DNA of 63,991 nucleotides, counting the filler, from Basidioascus undulatus (lineage: Eukaryota), in assembly GCA_000826855.1 (NCBI GenBank). It is 5 parts of 5 records of this genome, joined end to end, with 100 filler letters (N's around TTAATTAATTAA, not from the genome) between each part and the next. Parts side by side here need not be neighbours in the genome. Positions count along the whole stretch, not along the records: positions 12,962 to 25,775 come from JTLS01000872.1; positions 25,876 to 38,697 come from JTLS01000873.1; 3 more parts are not named here. One strand, 5' to 3'. The translations under genes and the position numbers were made by a program. The notes beneath the pieces were generated by a model, which was not told where the DNA came from, searched no databases, and saw only the letters and a program-made list of their open reading frames with translations. Shown one piece after another: positions 24,355 through 37,038 of this stretch; the first letter of the stretch is position 1, and every line of letters starts with the position of its first letter.

Positions 24355-25775
24355 ATGTCCGCCCCGCGCCCGAACGGGCTCCCTTCCTCCGTCCGACCAG
24401 CGCAAACCTCCCCACCAGCAGCATCCTCCTCCTCCCGGCCCTCCACGCCCGCGTCCCCCCCGCCCGCGCGCCCAGCCCGATCAGCGCGCAGAGGCCCAAC
24501 AGAGTCTCTCGCGTTTTCTTCTACCTCTTCCCGTCCCGCTCCCGCACCACCTGCACCATCGAAGAAGCAGTCCGGCGGCGGCGACAGCCAGCAGCTCACC
24601 GAGACGCAGCAGTACCGCGCTGCGGCGGCGCTGCAGGCATTTGCCAGCGCGGGGCGGAGCAGGAAGGGCAGTGAGGGGCAGGGGGGCTCGCAGGGCGGAA
24701 GTGGAAGGAGGGAGAGGACCGAGATTGATTATCGCCCGACTGCGGATGACTTGAGCGATCCTATGTTTGGGGAGATCAACGGTGCGTGTGCTTGCTTTGC
24801 TGTGATGCTGGCGCGGGGCGCTGATTGATGTGCTGGGTGGGATAGGCGTGCTGAGGAAGATTAAGCAGGAATGGACGTATGTGATGGACCCCGACGTGCG
24901 TGTTTGAGCGCTGTGTAGACGGCAGAGCGGGCAGGAGGTCTGACGAGGAGGTGCTTGACCAGTTCAACCCTGTCACGCTCGCGCTCTCCCTCCTCGACTC
25001 GTCCCTTGCCGGCCAAGCAGACGCGATGCCCTCATTCCTCCGAACCAAGCTGGAGCTCGAGCGCGCGCTGCAAGGCACCGTGAACAGTGCGTCCCTCTAC
25101 TCCCTCTCTCCAACAAGAGACGACAGCAATAACCCCACCTCCGCGTACCTCTCCCCACGCAGCACACTATCAAGCCTTCAACGCCTCCATCTCCACGCAC
25201 TCGTCCTTCCTCTCCTTGCTCTCCTCCTCCTCACAGTCCATCTCCAGCACGCGCTCGACGCTCCTCTCGGCACGCGAGAGCCTCGGCTCGCGCCGCGCGG
25301 ACCTCGTGCAGCTGCATGCGAAGTCGGCGCGCCTGAAGGAGGGCCTCCGCGTCCTCGACCAGATCGAGGCGCTCAAGGCCGTGCCCGAGCAGCTCGAGAA
25401 CCTCATCACGGAGAAGAGGCTCCTCCTGGCTGTCATGCTCCTTGTCAGGAGCTTGAAGGTCTGTGGGAAGCAGGAGATGATGGAGGTGGGCGCTGTGGCG
25501 GACTTGAGGGCGTTTTTGAATGGGCAGGAGACGGTGCGTCGGCTTCCCTTCATTTCTTGGGTCTTGAGTAGCGTCGAGTCGGAGTATTGACTGGCGAGGA
25601 TGGACCACGCAGGCGCTCCGCGAAATCCTGATCGAGGAGCTGCACAACCACCTGTACCTCAAGAGCCTCTACTGCGACGTCCGATGGGTGCCCTACATAC
25701 CAGGGCAAGACTCCTGTCCGTCTTCCCCTCCCCACCCGCCCATCTCCCTGTCTCCTCATCTCCCACCTTCCAGCA
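24355..25775 (+). CDS. SEC8: Exocyst component Sec8, N-terminal part (truncated by the contig end)
   Basis: IKQEWTYVMDPDFNPVTLALSLLDSS...VNxHYQAFNASISTH...LDQIEALKAVPEQLENLITEKRLLLA...LREILIEELHNHLYLKSLYCDVRW. Confidence 0.92.
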
Positions 25776-25875
25776 NNNNNNNNNNNNNNNNNNNNNNNNN
25801 NNNNNNNNNNNNNNNNNNNTTAATTAATTAANNNNNNNNNNNNNNNNNNNNNNNNNNNNNNNNNNNNNNNNNNNN
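25776..25875. other. Artificial contig linker
   Basis: N44-TTAATTAATTAA-N44. Confidence 0.98.
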
Positions 25876-25962
25876 TGGAGAAAGTGAGATGAGGATGGGA
25901 TGGGGACCCGCAGGGGAGGAGATGAGAGGGGGAGGGGGGAAGTGGTGCTGGAGGGGGAGGAC

Positions 25963-26028
25963 GAGGAGTAAGACGAGGAGGATACCCACGGATGAGGAGT
26001 AAGACGAGGAGGATACCCACGGATGAGG
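25963..26028. repeat. Perfect 31-bp tandem duplication GAGGAGTAAGACGAGGAGGATACCCACGGAT x2
   Basis: Copies at 25963-25993 and 25994-26024, plus partial flanks. Confidence 0.9.
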
Positions 26029-26371
26029 GATGTCTTTCATGAATCACGAACCGACACGCCCGTACTTGATTCTGAAGCGAGTGCGACTGCGGGACTTTTG
26101 ACAAGTACCATGTATTATGCCTTTTTCAGCGAGCAAGATGGTTTGTCGCACGGCGAACGTTACTGTTCGCATGAAGCACCAGTCTGCCATCTCTTTCCGT
26201 TCTGCTTTCTGATCTGTTTTCGCTGGGCAGTCCTCCTTCAACTTCAAGACGCGAGCAAGGCACGCTCGGCAGGACAGTGCGGCGATATGCATTGGACAAA
26301 GCAGCCGTGCATGAATCACCACATTAGAGCGTCCAGCCTGTAAAGTGACAGGGTGAGCTTTGGATGCACAG

Positions 26372-28506
26372 CTACGCGGACGAGACAAGCGAAGCGCACC
26401 TCCTTCGTAGCCCTCCAGCGCCCCCGGCGGCCTTCGGACTCCTCGATTGACCGCAGCGCACCCTCGTCAAAGCGACACTTTCCCTTCTCGTAAGTAGAGC
26501 CCCCGCTCTACATCGCGCTGGAGCGCGCTGTCGAACCACTGCTCGTCCACGTCGAGGGGCCGCCAGCCGACGAGGCACCCTTCGAGGAGCGCCTGCGTGA
26601 CGGGCAAGAGCTTCCGATCGAGGATCAGGAGGAGCTCGACGGGCGCAATGTCGCTGGCAGCGTCCCCGAGTATTCGTGGAAGTGAACCTCTGGTAGAAAT
26701 CGGATAGATTGGGAAGAGCACCGAACGTACGAGACCACACGGCCATATAGCCCTCCAAGTCGGCGTGCACGTTTCCGCCCAGAGCGTGGACGACGTCCCG
26801 GATGTACGAGCACAGCAGCGGCAGGTGCAGGATAGGCGCTATGGAGACCCGTATGCCCCGGAGTGGCTGTGCGCCGCCCGGCGTGGGGTAGTGAAGGGCG
26901 CTGGATTTCGGGTGCGGGAGAGCATCAGAGGCAGGTAGGAGGTGAGGACGGAGACAAGCCACTGAAGGGTGCCGATGGGCTTGTGTTCTCGCGCAGCCTG
27001 TTCCAATACCAGTGCGTTAGTAAACAATATTGGATAGAATAGAGAAATTGCAAGAGTCGAGAACGCACCCGAACGTAAGCATGCCCGCCGCGCCGCCGGA
27101 GCACGACCAGCACATCCAAGTCGGCCTCGTCCAGCCCATTCTGCGATATTGCCAGCCGGTATGCTCAGGCAGAAGCCGGCCACCTGCATGCTCGATCATT
27201 TCACGCAGGATCTCATAGCAGTACCACCCGCAGTCGTACGCGGAGCTGAGGCAAACGTGCTTGCCTTCGAGCTTGCGGGTCGCGAGAGGTCGACTCTCGA
27301 CGCGCTCGCCGGTGCCGGAGAACATGGCGACGCGCGTAACACGCGGCCCACCGTCGAACGGTCCCAGCCGGTCGGAAGGCGGTCGGTGCCGAGCAGCACG
27401 GCGGGGAGGCGCCAGGTTTTCGGATAAGGATGCGAATTGTGCGTATCGGGACGCGAAGGCCGGCTTCGATACAGGCTTGGATCCTGTAGAGAAGCATATG
27501 TGAGCCCGGGACAATCTACCTGCGCACATGCAAGCGCTCGGACTTGCCAGTACGGCGTGACGCCTTCAGTCCGCTTGAGGTCGTCCTCGAGCCCCCGGTT
27601 GAAAAAGACGGCATCGTCGATAGTGTCCTGCTCATGCCTCGTGCCTCGCATCAGTTCTCCCATGCAGACCGGTTTCATGGCACGGATCGAGCTTACGCAT
27701 TCTGGGTACGTCAAGCCGACGACGTGCGTCCAGGTCGTGACCTTCTCAGCGACGGTGCCGTCCAGGCCCTCAATGATACACGCCAGGGGCATACGCAGGT
27801 CGTGCTCGCGAGAAGAAGTAGTTCGGGCGCTTTCGGCCCAGAGCGATGTAGAAAGTGAGGCCCTCGAACAGTCGGTTGGGGCTCGCTGGCGGTGGCCTGC
27901 AATCGAGGTCCGATGGTCACACGCTATTGGGGCTTTAAGAGTGTGCGGAAGGAAGCATACTCAGAGTATACTGGAAGATAGGTTGTGTGAGATGAAGGAC
28001 TTGTTGCTGCTCCAGATTATGGGCGTGGCGGATTTGCGATAGAGGTGCCAATGCTGGTGAATGAACAGAGCGATGAGCGGTGCAGGACCTGGCTTGGAGA
28101 ACACAAAACGGATCACATACCCACCCCCTAAGATCAGACTCGTCGTGAGTCATCTTCAGCAAGCCCTGGCTGCTGCCACCGATAACATCCGGGAAGACGG
28201 CGTCGTCACTGGCACGGCTCAGGAGCGCGTCGACCTGGACACCACACAGTCAAGACGTTAGCGAAACTTCCGCTGTTTGTTTTGTGATCCTTTTTTACTC
28301 ATGATATCTGACACTTCAGGTCGAGCAGGCGGTGTACGCACCTCGTCGCGCAGTTCGTCGGACACCTCCCGGGCCATCCGCCATACGAAGCCTGAGACCC
28401 TCATGGGCGCATCATCCGAAGCAGAGAAAATAGATACGCGCCCGTGGCTGCTCGTGCTCTGCTCCTCCGCCCGTGCAGTCGAGCGCGTGCGACGACTAGG
28501 CGGCAT
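26372..28506 (-). pseudogene. Multi-BRCT-like gene, apparently frameshifted
   Basis: Three BRCT-type beta1/alpha1-GG signatures: LFEGLTFYI...LACIIEGLDGTV...WTHVV; KLEGKHVCLS...ILREMIEHAGGRL; PLRGIRVSIA...IRDVVHALGGNV...VDEQWFDSAL. The first signature is split across two frames near 27808. Confidence 0.55.
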
Positions 28507-29075
28507 GAATGCAGTGGAAAGGCGATATGATGGGAAAGAGCAGAGAAGAGATGAACGCGTCGCGTCGTTCAATCGCCTGCCGCCTCTTTGGCTCGCCTGG
28601 CGTTCTCTGGGGTTCGTAGGGTTTACCGGGAGGCACATTCACGCCCAAGCTGATCTTCGGTAATTTTACAACACTTGAGGCACAATGCAGCACATTGCCA
28701 AGTACGAACGAGCACACGAAGGCGGTGCAGCTCCAGCCGAAAAGAAAACAGCAACGCCGAAAGCGACAGAGTAGTTAGAAACATTCGCATTTGCTTTTCT
28801 TTCTTTCACTCCTTCTTCCACCACGTACCACATCGTATTCCGCAAATGGCCACTTCCGTGCTATCGCAGTAGTTTCAAACATTTTATTCACGTTCTGCTT
28901 TGCGCATCTCGTACGATGTCTCGCTCGGAGCACGCACCACTCACCCCTGAGTGTCGTCCAGCGCACGCGCCACGGCACGTCAGTTCCCTGGACTTCGATC
29001 TTGCTCTTGCACCTCCTCTCGAACTTACTCTTCGACTTCCACGCTAACCACTCGTAACAATCACTTCACACTGCG

Positions 29076-30737
29076 ATGTCGCCGCCCACCGTCGAAGAGC
29101 ACGAGGCCGAGGGGAAGCACAGGGGCTTCAGGGCGCTCTTCCACCGGAAGAAGACGTCCGTGAAGGATATACCTGCTAATAAGGTGGCCGTGGAGGAGAA
29201 CGTGGACGAGGGAGAAGACATGAAGGAGAGCTCGGAGAAGCAGGAGGCGGTGGTGGTCGCGGACGTCGAGGAGGCTACCCCAGCTCAAGCAGCCTCCCTG
29301 CCCGCGGAGCCAGTCGCTGCCGAAGAGCCCAGCGGCGTTCTCGAGACGTCGGCAGCGACCTCGGCTCCCGACCCATGGACTGACGCCGCGGAGGCGGAAT
29401 CCACCGCACCTGCCGAAGCGGTCGCGGCTGCGCCCACCGTCTCTGTCGCGACATCTCCTGTCCCCGTCTCTCTCCCTACCGTCCCATCAACACCACTCGC
29501 TCCCCTCATCCCATCCTCGACCTCTTGCTCCGTTATCGCGTCTCAAATCTGCAGCCTCCTCCAGCCCGGACCACCGTTCTACGATGCGGACGATGACGCC
29601 GTCGCGGCGGACCTGATCCGCCAGCTCTCCAAGAAGGAGGTCATGAATGGTGCGGCTCTCGCTGCAGCGACGGTTCAACCGACCGCTCCCTCTAACGTCT
29701 GGTCGTCCCTCGCGCTGCTGGGGGACGTCGACGACCCGGCCTTCGGCAGCGTCATGCTCTCGATCGACCTCGCGTGCAAAACGCCCATCCAGCTGGAGTC
29801 GTACTCGCTTATCACCGTCCCGCGTGACGAACCTAAAGGGCTCCAGAGCAACGGCGACGTGCACGTCGCCGCGCTGTGGCCGCCGTCGACGTGGTGGCCG
29901 TGGAAGGAGCCGAAGAAGTCGGAACCGGGCGGACCGACAAAGCAGGTTCGAGTGTGAGTTCAACCATTGCTTAGACTGGATTTCTCTTCTCTGTACGCAG
30001 ATCGCTGATTTTTTCACTTCACCATTCAGATGGCATCCGTCCAAAACTCGCGTCTCGCTCCATGTGGCATGGTGGGGCTTCAGCATCTACCTTGTCCGCA
30101 GCTCTGTTCTTCTGCGCCTTTTCGACGCAGTACTGACTAGACTATCTACTATTTCCAGCCTCCGCCCATGATGAAGGAGATCGACAGCGACATCGGCGAC
30201 GTTACGAAGACCACCGCCGTCATCTCGTTCGTCCTCTCATCCCACCCACCCAGACTTCTGCCCGCAGCGACTCACCCACTGTTCATTCTCCAGGACTGTG
30301 CTTTCCTTTGTACTCAATCACATCGACACAGTCGTGAAACTCGCTCCGGGCCTGGCGGCGGCTGTCGCGGTTGCGAAAGCGATCGTTCCCATCATCGGGT
30401 AAGTCGAGCGCACCGCTTTCGAACAATCCGCATTGTGAGGTTTGTGGCTGACCGCGAACTGCTTTCTCTCGCTCAGATACATCAGTATGTTGAAAGCACG
30501 CTTCCAGCATCTCCACGGCCCATCTCATTAACGTCGTCTCACTCCTCTCCGTCAGGCACTTTCATCAGCTGGTCGTGGACCGCGATTAAGTCGTTCGACA
30601 AAGGCAACGGCGTCGTCCTCTCCGCCACCTGGCTCCTTCCCATAGCGATCTTGCCGCGCACATGGGATGCACCGGACGCGCCCGCCGACGCGACCAAGGC
30701 CCTCGTGCTAGCGCCCGAGAGGGCTTCTGAAGCTTAG
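29076..30737 (+). CDS. Hypothetical protein: acidic Ala/Pro-rich N-terminus and a C-terminal domain that looks conserved
   Basis: Long first exon, then canonical introns. C-terminal VSLHVAWWGFSIYLPPPMMKEI...TFISWSWTAIKSFDKGNGVVLSATWLLPIAILPRTWD; TAG at 30735-30737. Confidence 0.75.
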
Positions 30738-31067
30738 GAGGAACATCCTGTTGGTTAATATTTGCGTGTTTTCCATTCTTATTGCCTTTAATATAACCAC
30801 TGCTTGATATTCATCGTCCTGTAGATGCCGTGTTGCCGGAAGCGATTGCGCAGCCTCTTCGCGCGTCGCCTCACGAAGTGGAATGGCTCCCGGGCTCATT
30901 GTTGCAGGAGCATGGACATCAGAAACTATATCAGGCTGAGGGTTATGATCTGACTAGTCCATCTTCTCGGTAGAAGTCGCGACGACAGACTATTTCAAAC
31001 TGGCGGCAATCGCGGGTGCTAAACATAAATGAAGTGCATGCCGCCAGCGACACGTTCTGATATACTT

Positions 31068-31968
31068 TTAGTCCGTCCGTCCTCCTCCACATCCGTCCAG
31101 AACGATGGACGACATAACCACCAACCCACCCGCCTCCTTGTACATCTTGAGCGCCTCTTGGCCGTGCTCGCTCCTGGACGCGTGATGCTTGAACCCGTTG
31201 TAGGCTAACAATAACAACCATTGTGGCACATGAATGAGCAGTGGTAGAGAAAGATTTATGCGGGAAGTACTGACAACGATAGCGAAGCACACGTCCCGGT
31301 ACTGGGCAATCGAAAGGACGTCCGGCGTAGGCTTCCGAACTGATGCACTTGCCGTAACGCATGTGCTTAAGCTGCTTGCCGTCACATGCGAAAACTTAGC
31401 ATTTTACTGTCTACACAACTCCTTGGAAGAATGGAGCGCACCATATCCCACTTAGCGCTGGATGCAGTGGACGTTGGGACACTTGAACTCGCCGTTACCC
31501 ATGATTCTGGATTGTATGGACGCCGCCTCCGAGCGTCGTTCGCCGGTAGGTCATCGACAGCGTAAGGGCCGACGTTTTTTACCTTGAGGTATTCTTTGGT
31601 GAGCTGCTGGCAGTTGTCGACGTTAGCGACCGGCACCCAGGACAACTCCGATTTCGGAAGGCCTGTCGATTAAGGAGGGACGCCTCGTCAACCCTTGGAA
31701 CCACCTGGCCATGCTTGCAGAGGATATGTATGACTCAGCCGTCTGCTGAACGAGGTACTTCCGTCCATCCGGCTCGTCGGAGTGGTCCAGAATACGCTCA
31801 ACCTCGTACTCATCGCCGGCCGGGAGGTTACGACTGAGACCGGCCGCGGCGAGGCTTGGACTTGTTGCAGGGAAGGTTCTCCTTGTTGGAGGGAGACCGG
31901 AAGCGGCAATATTTGGAGGTCGTCCTGTCCGCCTGGGCGCGGCGACGAGGACGCAGTGCAGGAGGCAT
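31068..31968 (-). pseudogene. Decayed chromodomain gene with a downstream C2H2-like finger
   Basis: DEYEVERILDHSDEPDGRKYLV...(G)LPKSELSWVPVANVDNCQQLTKEYLK is a chromodomain pattern; later RPFDCPVPG...YNGFKHHASRSEH. There is a stop/frameshift at ~31828 and an apparent donor site reading CTGAGT instead of GTGAGT. Confidence 0.65.
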
Positions 31969-32905
31969 TAGGGGGCGAGGTGAAGGGTCGTCGGTGCTAC
32001 GAGCTACGAGAAAGATGTGGCGGAGAGTGAAGAGTGCTTCGACCGCGTCCGGGAGGGAAGGCGATGGAGAGGAAAAGAAAGCAAACACACCTGCAGCTGC
32101 TTTATGCATTTCTTAGGAACGAGAGACTCAGTGAACCCAAAACAACCGAAGAAGAAACGGCAGCGGCGGTCCGAAGCAATCCGCCGTGCTCCGCTGCGTG
32201 CCCAACATTCCCCTGAAGCTGAACTGCCTGCCAATTCAATGATTATCTACTTTAAAATGTACGTTTATATTCAACCACCTCTACAAGCCCTCTCAGTGGG
32301 GGTGGTCATGGAGTTGTCGTTGTAGAAAAAGAAAACACATCGCGAGGAATCAGAGTGCAACGCGTCTGGCCTCCGGCCTCACACTCTACTGTCTCCCCCG
32401 CTCTGCAGCAGATTCAAGAATTCCCGAAAAGTGGAAATGTGCCCCTCTTTTCCACGGGCTATATACTACTTCATCACATCTGTGCTCTCTCTCTCGCCTG
32501 TAAAGTACAGTCATACCTAAACTCGCCCGATATCAGGCTCCCTGAGCAGCAACGAGTAATAGTCTTGTAAATAAAGCCGGTGCCTTTTAAGCCCCCTGGT
32601 ACACTCTGCTGGAAAAAATATCAGGTTGAGAATCAAGGTAACGAAAAGGGGATTCGTATACAGGAGGAAGCGCTGACCTCAAGCGAACCGGCAATGGCAC
32701 TATCTGGCGCGCCTCAGTTCACGCAATCGGGATCCGGCTTGCAAGTCATGAAAATGTCGTAACTGACATTACGGAACATAAGGAAGAAGAGGGCAGTAAG
32801 CGCTGCATCTACAAGATATAAAAGTCTTGGTGAACTCCGCAATCACTTCAAGACCGAGGGTGCTAGGCACGACCCGTAAAGGTCGTGTAAGTTGGAGTCG
32901 GGTCA

Positions 32906-34200
32906 TCAACACGAAGAGAAAACTGCCACAATGCGAGAGACAGTGGCATTCAAACTTGAGCCTCGCAAACTTCCGAAGCACACGCCCAAACGCAGAGGAT
33001 GCAGTCCCACAAACACCGCTACATTCATTACAGGTGCCCCGGCGTTAAGGCCTCCCCAATTCGGATCCTTTGGCCAGACCCATCCATAAAAACCGTCGCC
33101 CTTGAAACCGATGCGCAGGTGGCTAGACGTCTCGATTCGATGCAGAGAGGGGAAGTTCGCCCGATCGAGATTCCTGATGTTCTCCACCACCGCGACTTCC
33201 TCTGGCCTGCCCTAGGAGTGGTGGCACAGCTTGATGACCTCGAGCGTCGGGTGATAGAAGGTTCTAAAGTCCAGGTGTGTCAAAGTGGACCAGTGCGCAG
33301 CGAGCGTTCGAAGGGAGGGGGAGAGTACGGAAAGCGAATGGAAGGGTGCATCGACATTCAGACCGGACAATCGAGCCGCAAGAGGTTGGCCCCCGATGGC
33401 GCGGAGGACGGCGTCGAGCGGAGCAAGAGGCGTTGGGGCGCTCGATAGGCGCAGGAGGAGGTCTTCTAGTGTTGGTAGCTGGGAACATGATTGCATGTTT
33501 AGGAAGCTGTTTCAGATTTCGGGGGGATGCATGTCCGATATCGATAAGCATCTGGCCTCGAGAGAGCGAAGTGCGGGAATGACCAGCGCGCCGCGTTCGC
33601 TGTCGGGCTCAGCAGTGCTCGCGGGAACAAAGAAGATGCTGAGGTGGACCAGCGAAGGAAGGCAGGAGAGGATCTATGCACCTTCATATTTCGAGATCGA
33701 GACTGCGGAGATGTGAAGCGAACGGGCACTGCAGCACCTCAGCAAGGACGCTCCGAGTGAAGGACAGCTTGAGGAGGCCCGCAAGAAGCGGGGCGATCGA
33801 CAAGAGATGATCAATGTAGTCCGAGTGGTCATACGGTGTTAGGCTTGGGAAGTAGTGGCCGAGCAGGTCCAGGTGCCGAACATGGCGTCCGGTTTCCTTG
33901 CCGCGCAGAGCTGCATCGGCCAAGTGGGCGGCTAGGTGCTGGACTTCGTGGTATGCCAGCTCGATATTGCGGTAGAGCAGCGGAGTGGCGATAGACTGTA
34001 AGGGGAATATTAGTTGAAAAATGCTGTTTGAATCCATTCCGTCTCGTACATTCCAGCGCTTCGAGACGTAGACGAGCCGAAACAAAGGGTTGTTTACGCC
34101 GGGCATGGACGACATGAAGGCGTCTCCTACCACGAGCTCATGAATTCGATAAGGACATCGTCCGGGAGTCATTGGATGAGGTCCTGGGCCAACCATGGAC
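32906..34200 (-). pseudogene. F-box/RNI-like leucine-rich repeat pseudogene
   Basis: *LPDDVL/YRIHELV (frameshifted F-box), LVYVSKRWN|intron|SIATPLLYRNIEL, then LRR-like LRSLDL, LPTLEDLLL, LTHLDF, FPSLHRIE interrupted by several stops and frameshifts. Confidence 0.7.
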
Positions 34201-35024
34201 AGAGGACAGCCCGCGTCAACAGTGCACAATGCCCAGGCCGCATGATGTCTCCGGTCACTCACACCCATAGTCCAGCGATCCGGCACAAGATGGTGCTGTT
34301 GGTGTCCGTGAGGCATGCTGTGGGTTGTGTATGAAAAGAGTCGGATTTGGGTAAACAAAAGGGTGAGCTCCTTCACAAGTAAGTTCGCGTCCGCACTGCG
34401 AAACCGCAAAAATCAGAGAGCCCTTCAGCCTTCAGCAGAATGCTCACCAAGCGGATGTCACCGTGCCTCTTTTGCCACTGTTGACTGGAATTGTAGGGTC
34501 TGAGAGTATAAAATTTGTTCAGAAGGGCATGGATCGTTACGGCATCTGTGAGGTTCAGCGACAAGCGAGAGCTGTACACGGTCGGCCAGTTGCAAGATCT
34601 GAGCTTAGAGGATATACTGCGTTGGCGTAACACAAAGCGTAGCTGGAAAACTTCGGGTCTTATTTGAATCACCAGGATAGGGAGCTTACGTGGGCCATGG
34701 TGAGCCAGAAAATGGTCGCTGGACAGACGGAAGAGAAGTGCTGGCGTTAGGACCGTGTAGCGGAGGCCAAGCCCCCACTTTATACCAGAATCATTGCATT
34801 ATTAAAAAACTGTGTCCCCATAAATGTATCCGATATTGGAGACGGATGAGGTCTCCAAAGGGCGGATGCGTGGGCAGCTATTCCAAGAGCCCGCTGGGCC
34901 ACTCACTACGAAGCTGCACACGTCTCGAAGCCAAGGGGGCGGTCAACAAACCCACTCACAGTAGTATACAACGAAAAAAAACACCGTTTGAAGGAAAGAG
35001 GACATCAAAATGCGACAAAAGTCT

Positions 35025-35102
35025 TGCTTGACCCGTGAATCGAACACGGGGCGGGTCGATTTCAAATGGCAACGACCCAGGTTACCACTACCCCAGCCAA
35101 GC
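35025..35102 (-). tRNA. tRNA-Gly(GCC) with 7-nt intron
   Basis: Reverse complement GCTTGGCTGGGGTAGTGGTAACCTGGGTCGTTGCCA[TTTGAAA]TCGACCCGCCCCGTGTTCGATTCACGGGTCAAGCA. All four stems pair; 71 nt after splicing; TTTT downstream. Confidence 0.92.
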
Positions 35103-35517
35103 GATAGACAGGAGCTGAAATTAGAAAAACTCTATTAAATTTAATCAGTTTCTTTCTTCTTTCGGTCCACGGAAGGACTCCATGCAGTCCCGTGCCGTGC
35201 CAAGCGGCCCTGGTCGCCAGATCAACTGTCACAGTGCCTCGCCCTGTTCTCACTGCAGCGCCCACTGGGCTGTAGGTGCGGTCATAGGCCTTCCATTCTG
35301 GAAGAGCTGTTGGAATAAATACTTTTCATAGACCTCATGCTGAGTGAAAGAAGGCGCTGCGATAAACGCTGCGGTGTTGCAACTGTCAGCGCTGCGAACT
35401 GACGTCAAGTCCCTGGCCGACGTTCCCTCGTCCAGCACGACTCATGGGCTGCCTCTTTGACCTCTTCCACACCTTCCACAAATCGCTGTATCAACCTCAC
35501 CTGCCAAACCAAACAAC

Positions 35518-37038
35518 ATGTCCCTCCCATCCTCCGCCGCCGACCTCCCGCCTCCTCCTCAAACGCTCCTGACCATCCCGCGCGTAACCGCGACGCACGT
35601 CCTCCCCGTCCCGATCGAGCTTGCCTCCGGCGAGCTCGACGTCCTGCTCCTCCCTCCCACCGTGCCCTCCACCGCCCCCCCAATTGTAACACTCACTCTC
35701 GGCGCGCGCGCCTGGGCGCTCGACGGGGCAGTGAAGCTGCGCGTGGCAGACGCGAAGGAGGAGCACCGGAGCTTTGTGTTTGTGCCCAAGGGGGTGGAGG
35801 AGGGTGTGGTGAAGCTCACGTTCCCGCCGAGTAAGAACCAGGATGAGTGGGAGGAGACGGAGAAAGCATTAGGGAGGCTCGAGGAGGTGCTGGAGGGGCG
35901 CGGAGTCCTGGAGAGGGTCGATGAAGAGGGGTGGGCGGCCCAGGTCGGCAGGAGGGCGAGCCAGGTCGGCGGCGGGTGGGCGCAGAGCATTCGGGGGTTC
36001 ACGGACAGGAAAGTAGTAGATCTTATCCTTTATTATTCTCCCTTCATCCTTCTACGCGGAAACTTATCGGAATGCTGCAGGCACATCGCGTCCACCACCC
36101 CCGGCGAGTCCACCGTCTCCCCCACCGCGCACTCCATGGCCGACTCCGGTCCGTCCCCCTCCCTTTCCCACACCCATCCCTCCCTCTTTTCTCCCACACC
36201 ATCTCACTCCCACCCGCACCGCCCTCCAGCCATCCACTACACCGCCACAGCCCGCACCGCCGCCGCCTCCCTCGCCTCGGGGATCGCCTCGTACGCGGCC
36301 TCCGCAGGCTCGTACGTGGGCGGGCTCCTCCCGAAGCAGACGGGCGCGGCGGACGAGGAGCACGACGTCGAGGCTGGCGCGGGCCGGCGCGGCAGTGCGG
36401 GGGGGTGGGAGGAGGTCAAGATTGGGGCTAGTGGGGTGGGGGAAGGGTGAGTCGCTGGGTTGGAAGATGGGATGAGGTGGAATGGGATGGAAGAGCTGAT
36501 TGTGTGTGGGTGATAGCACCGCGGCGGTTGGGTCCGCCGTGTCCGACTCGGCGCACCGCACGATCGCGCACCATTATGGCGAGGAGGCGGACAGCGTCGC
36601 GCAGAGTGAGTGTGCATCTTCTTTTTCGATAGGTTCCACCCCGCCGCACACCTAGCTCGCGCTTCATCGTCCTTCTCCCATCTCGTGGCCCAACGTCTTC
36701 GCCCGTGCCATCTTCCCTTTCCCATCTATCTTCTTATTCCCTCCCATCCTCTCCTTCCTCTTCCCTTCCCTCTTCTTTTCCCGAGCTCTCCTCTCCAAAC
36801 TCACACACTTCGCACTTCGCACCCGATACTGACCCCTCCCCCCCTCCGCCTTCCTCGTTGCGCAGAGGCCACCCAAGCAGCAACCAACGTCGGCGCAGCC
36901 GCGTACGACGCGACGCTCGGTAGCTCGGGCGTGTACCATGCGGGCGTTGCTACGCACGCTGCGGCCACTTCCGGTCCGCCCGCGGTGCCGAAGGAGGAGA
37001 AGCCGGCGGGGGAGGGGGCGGGGAAGACGGAGGTTTGA
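35518..37038 (+). CDS. Senescence/spartin-associated domain-like protein (multi-exon)
   Basis: LLTIPRVTATHV...LASGELDVLL...LTLGARAWAL...SFVF...VKLTFP N-terminal module, then Ala/Gly-rich amphipathic repeats (IAHHYGEEADSVA). Family assignment is by resemblance only. Confidence 0.6.
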
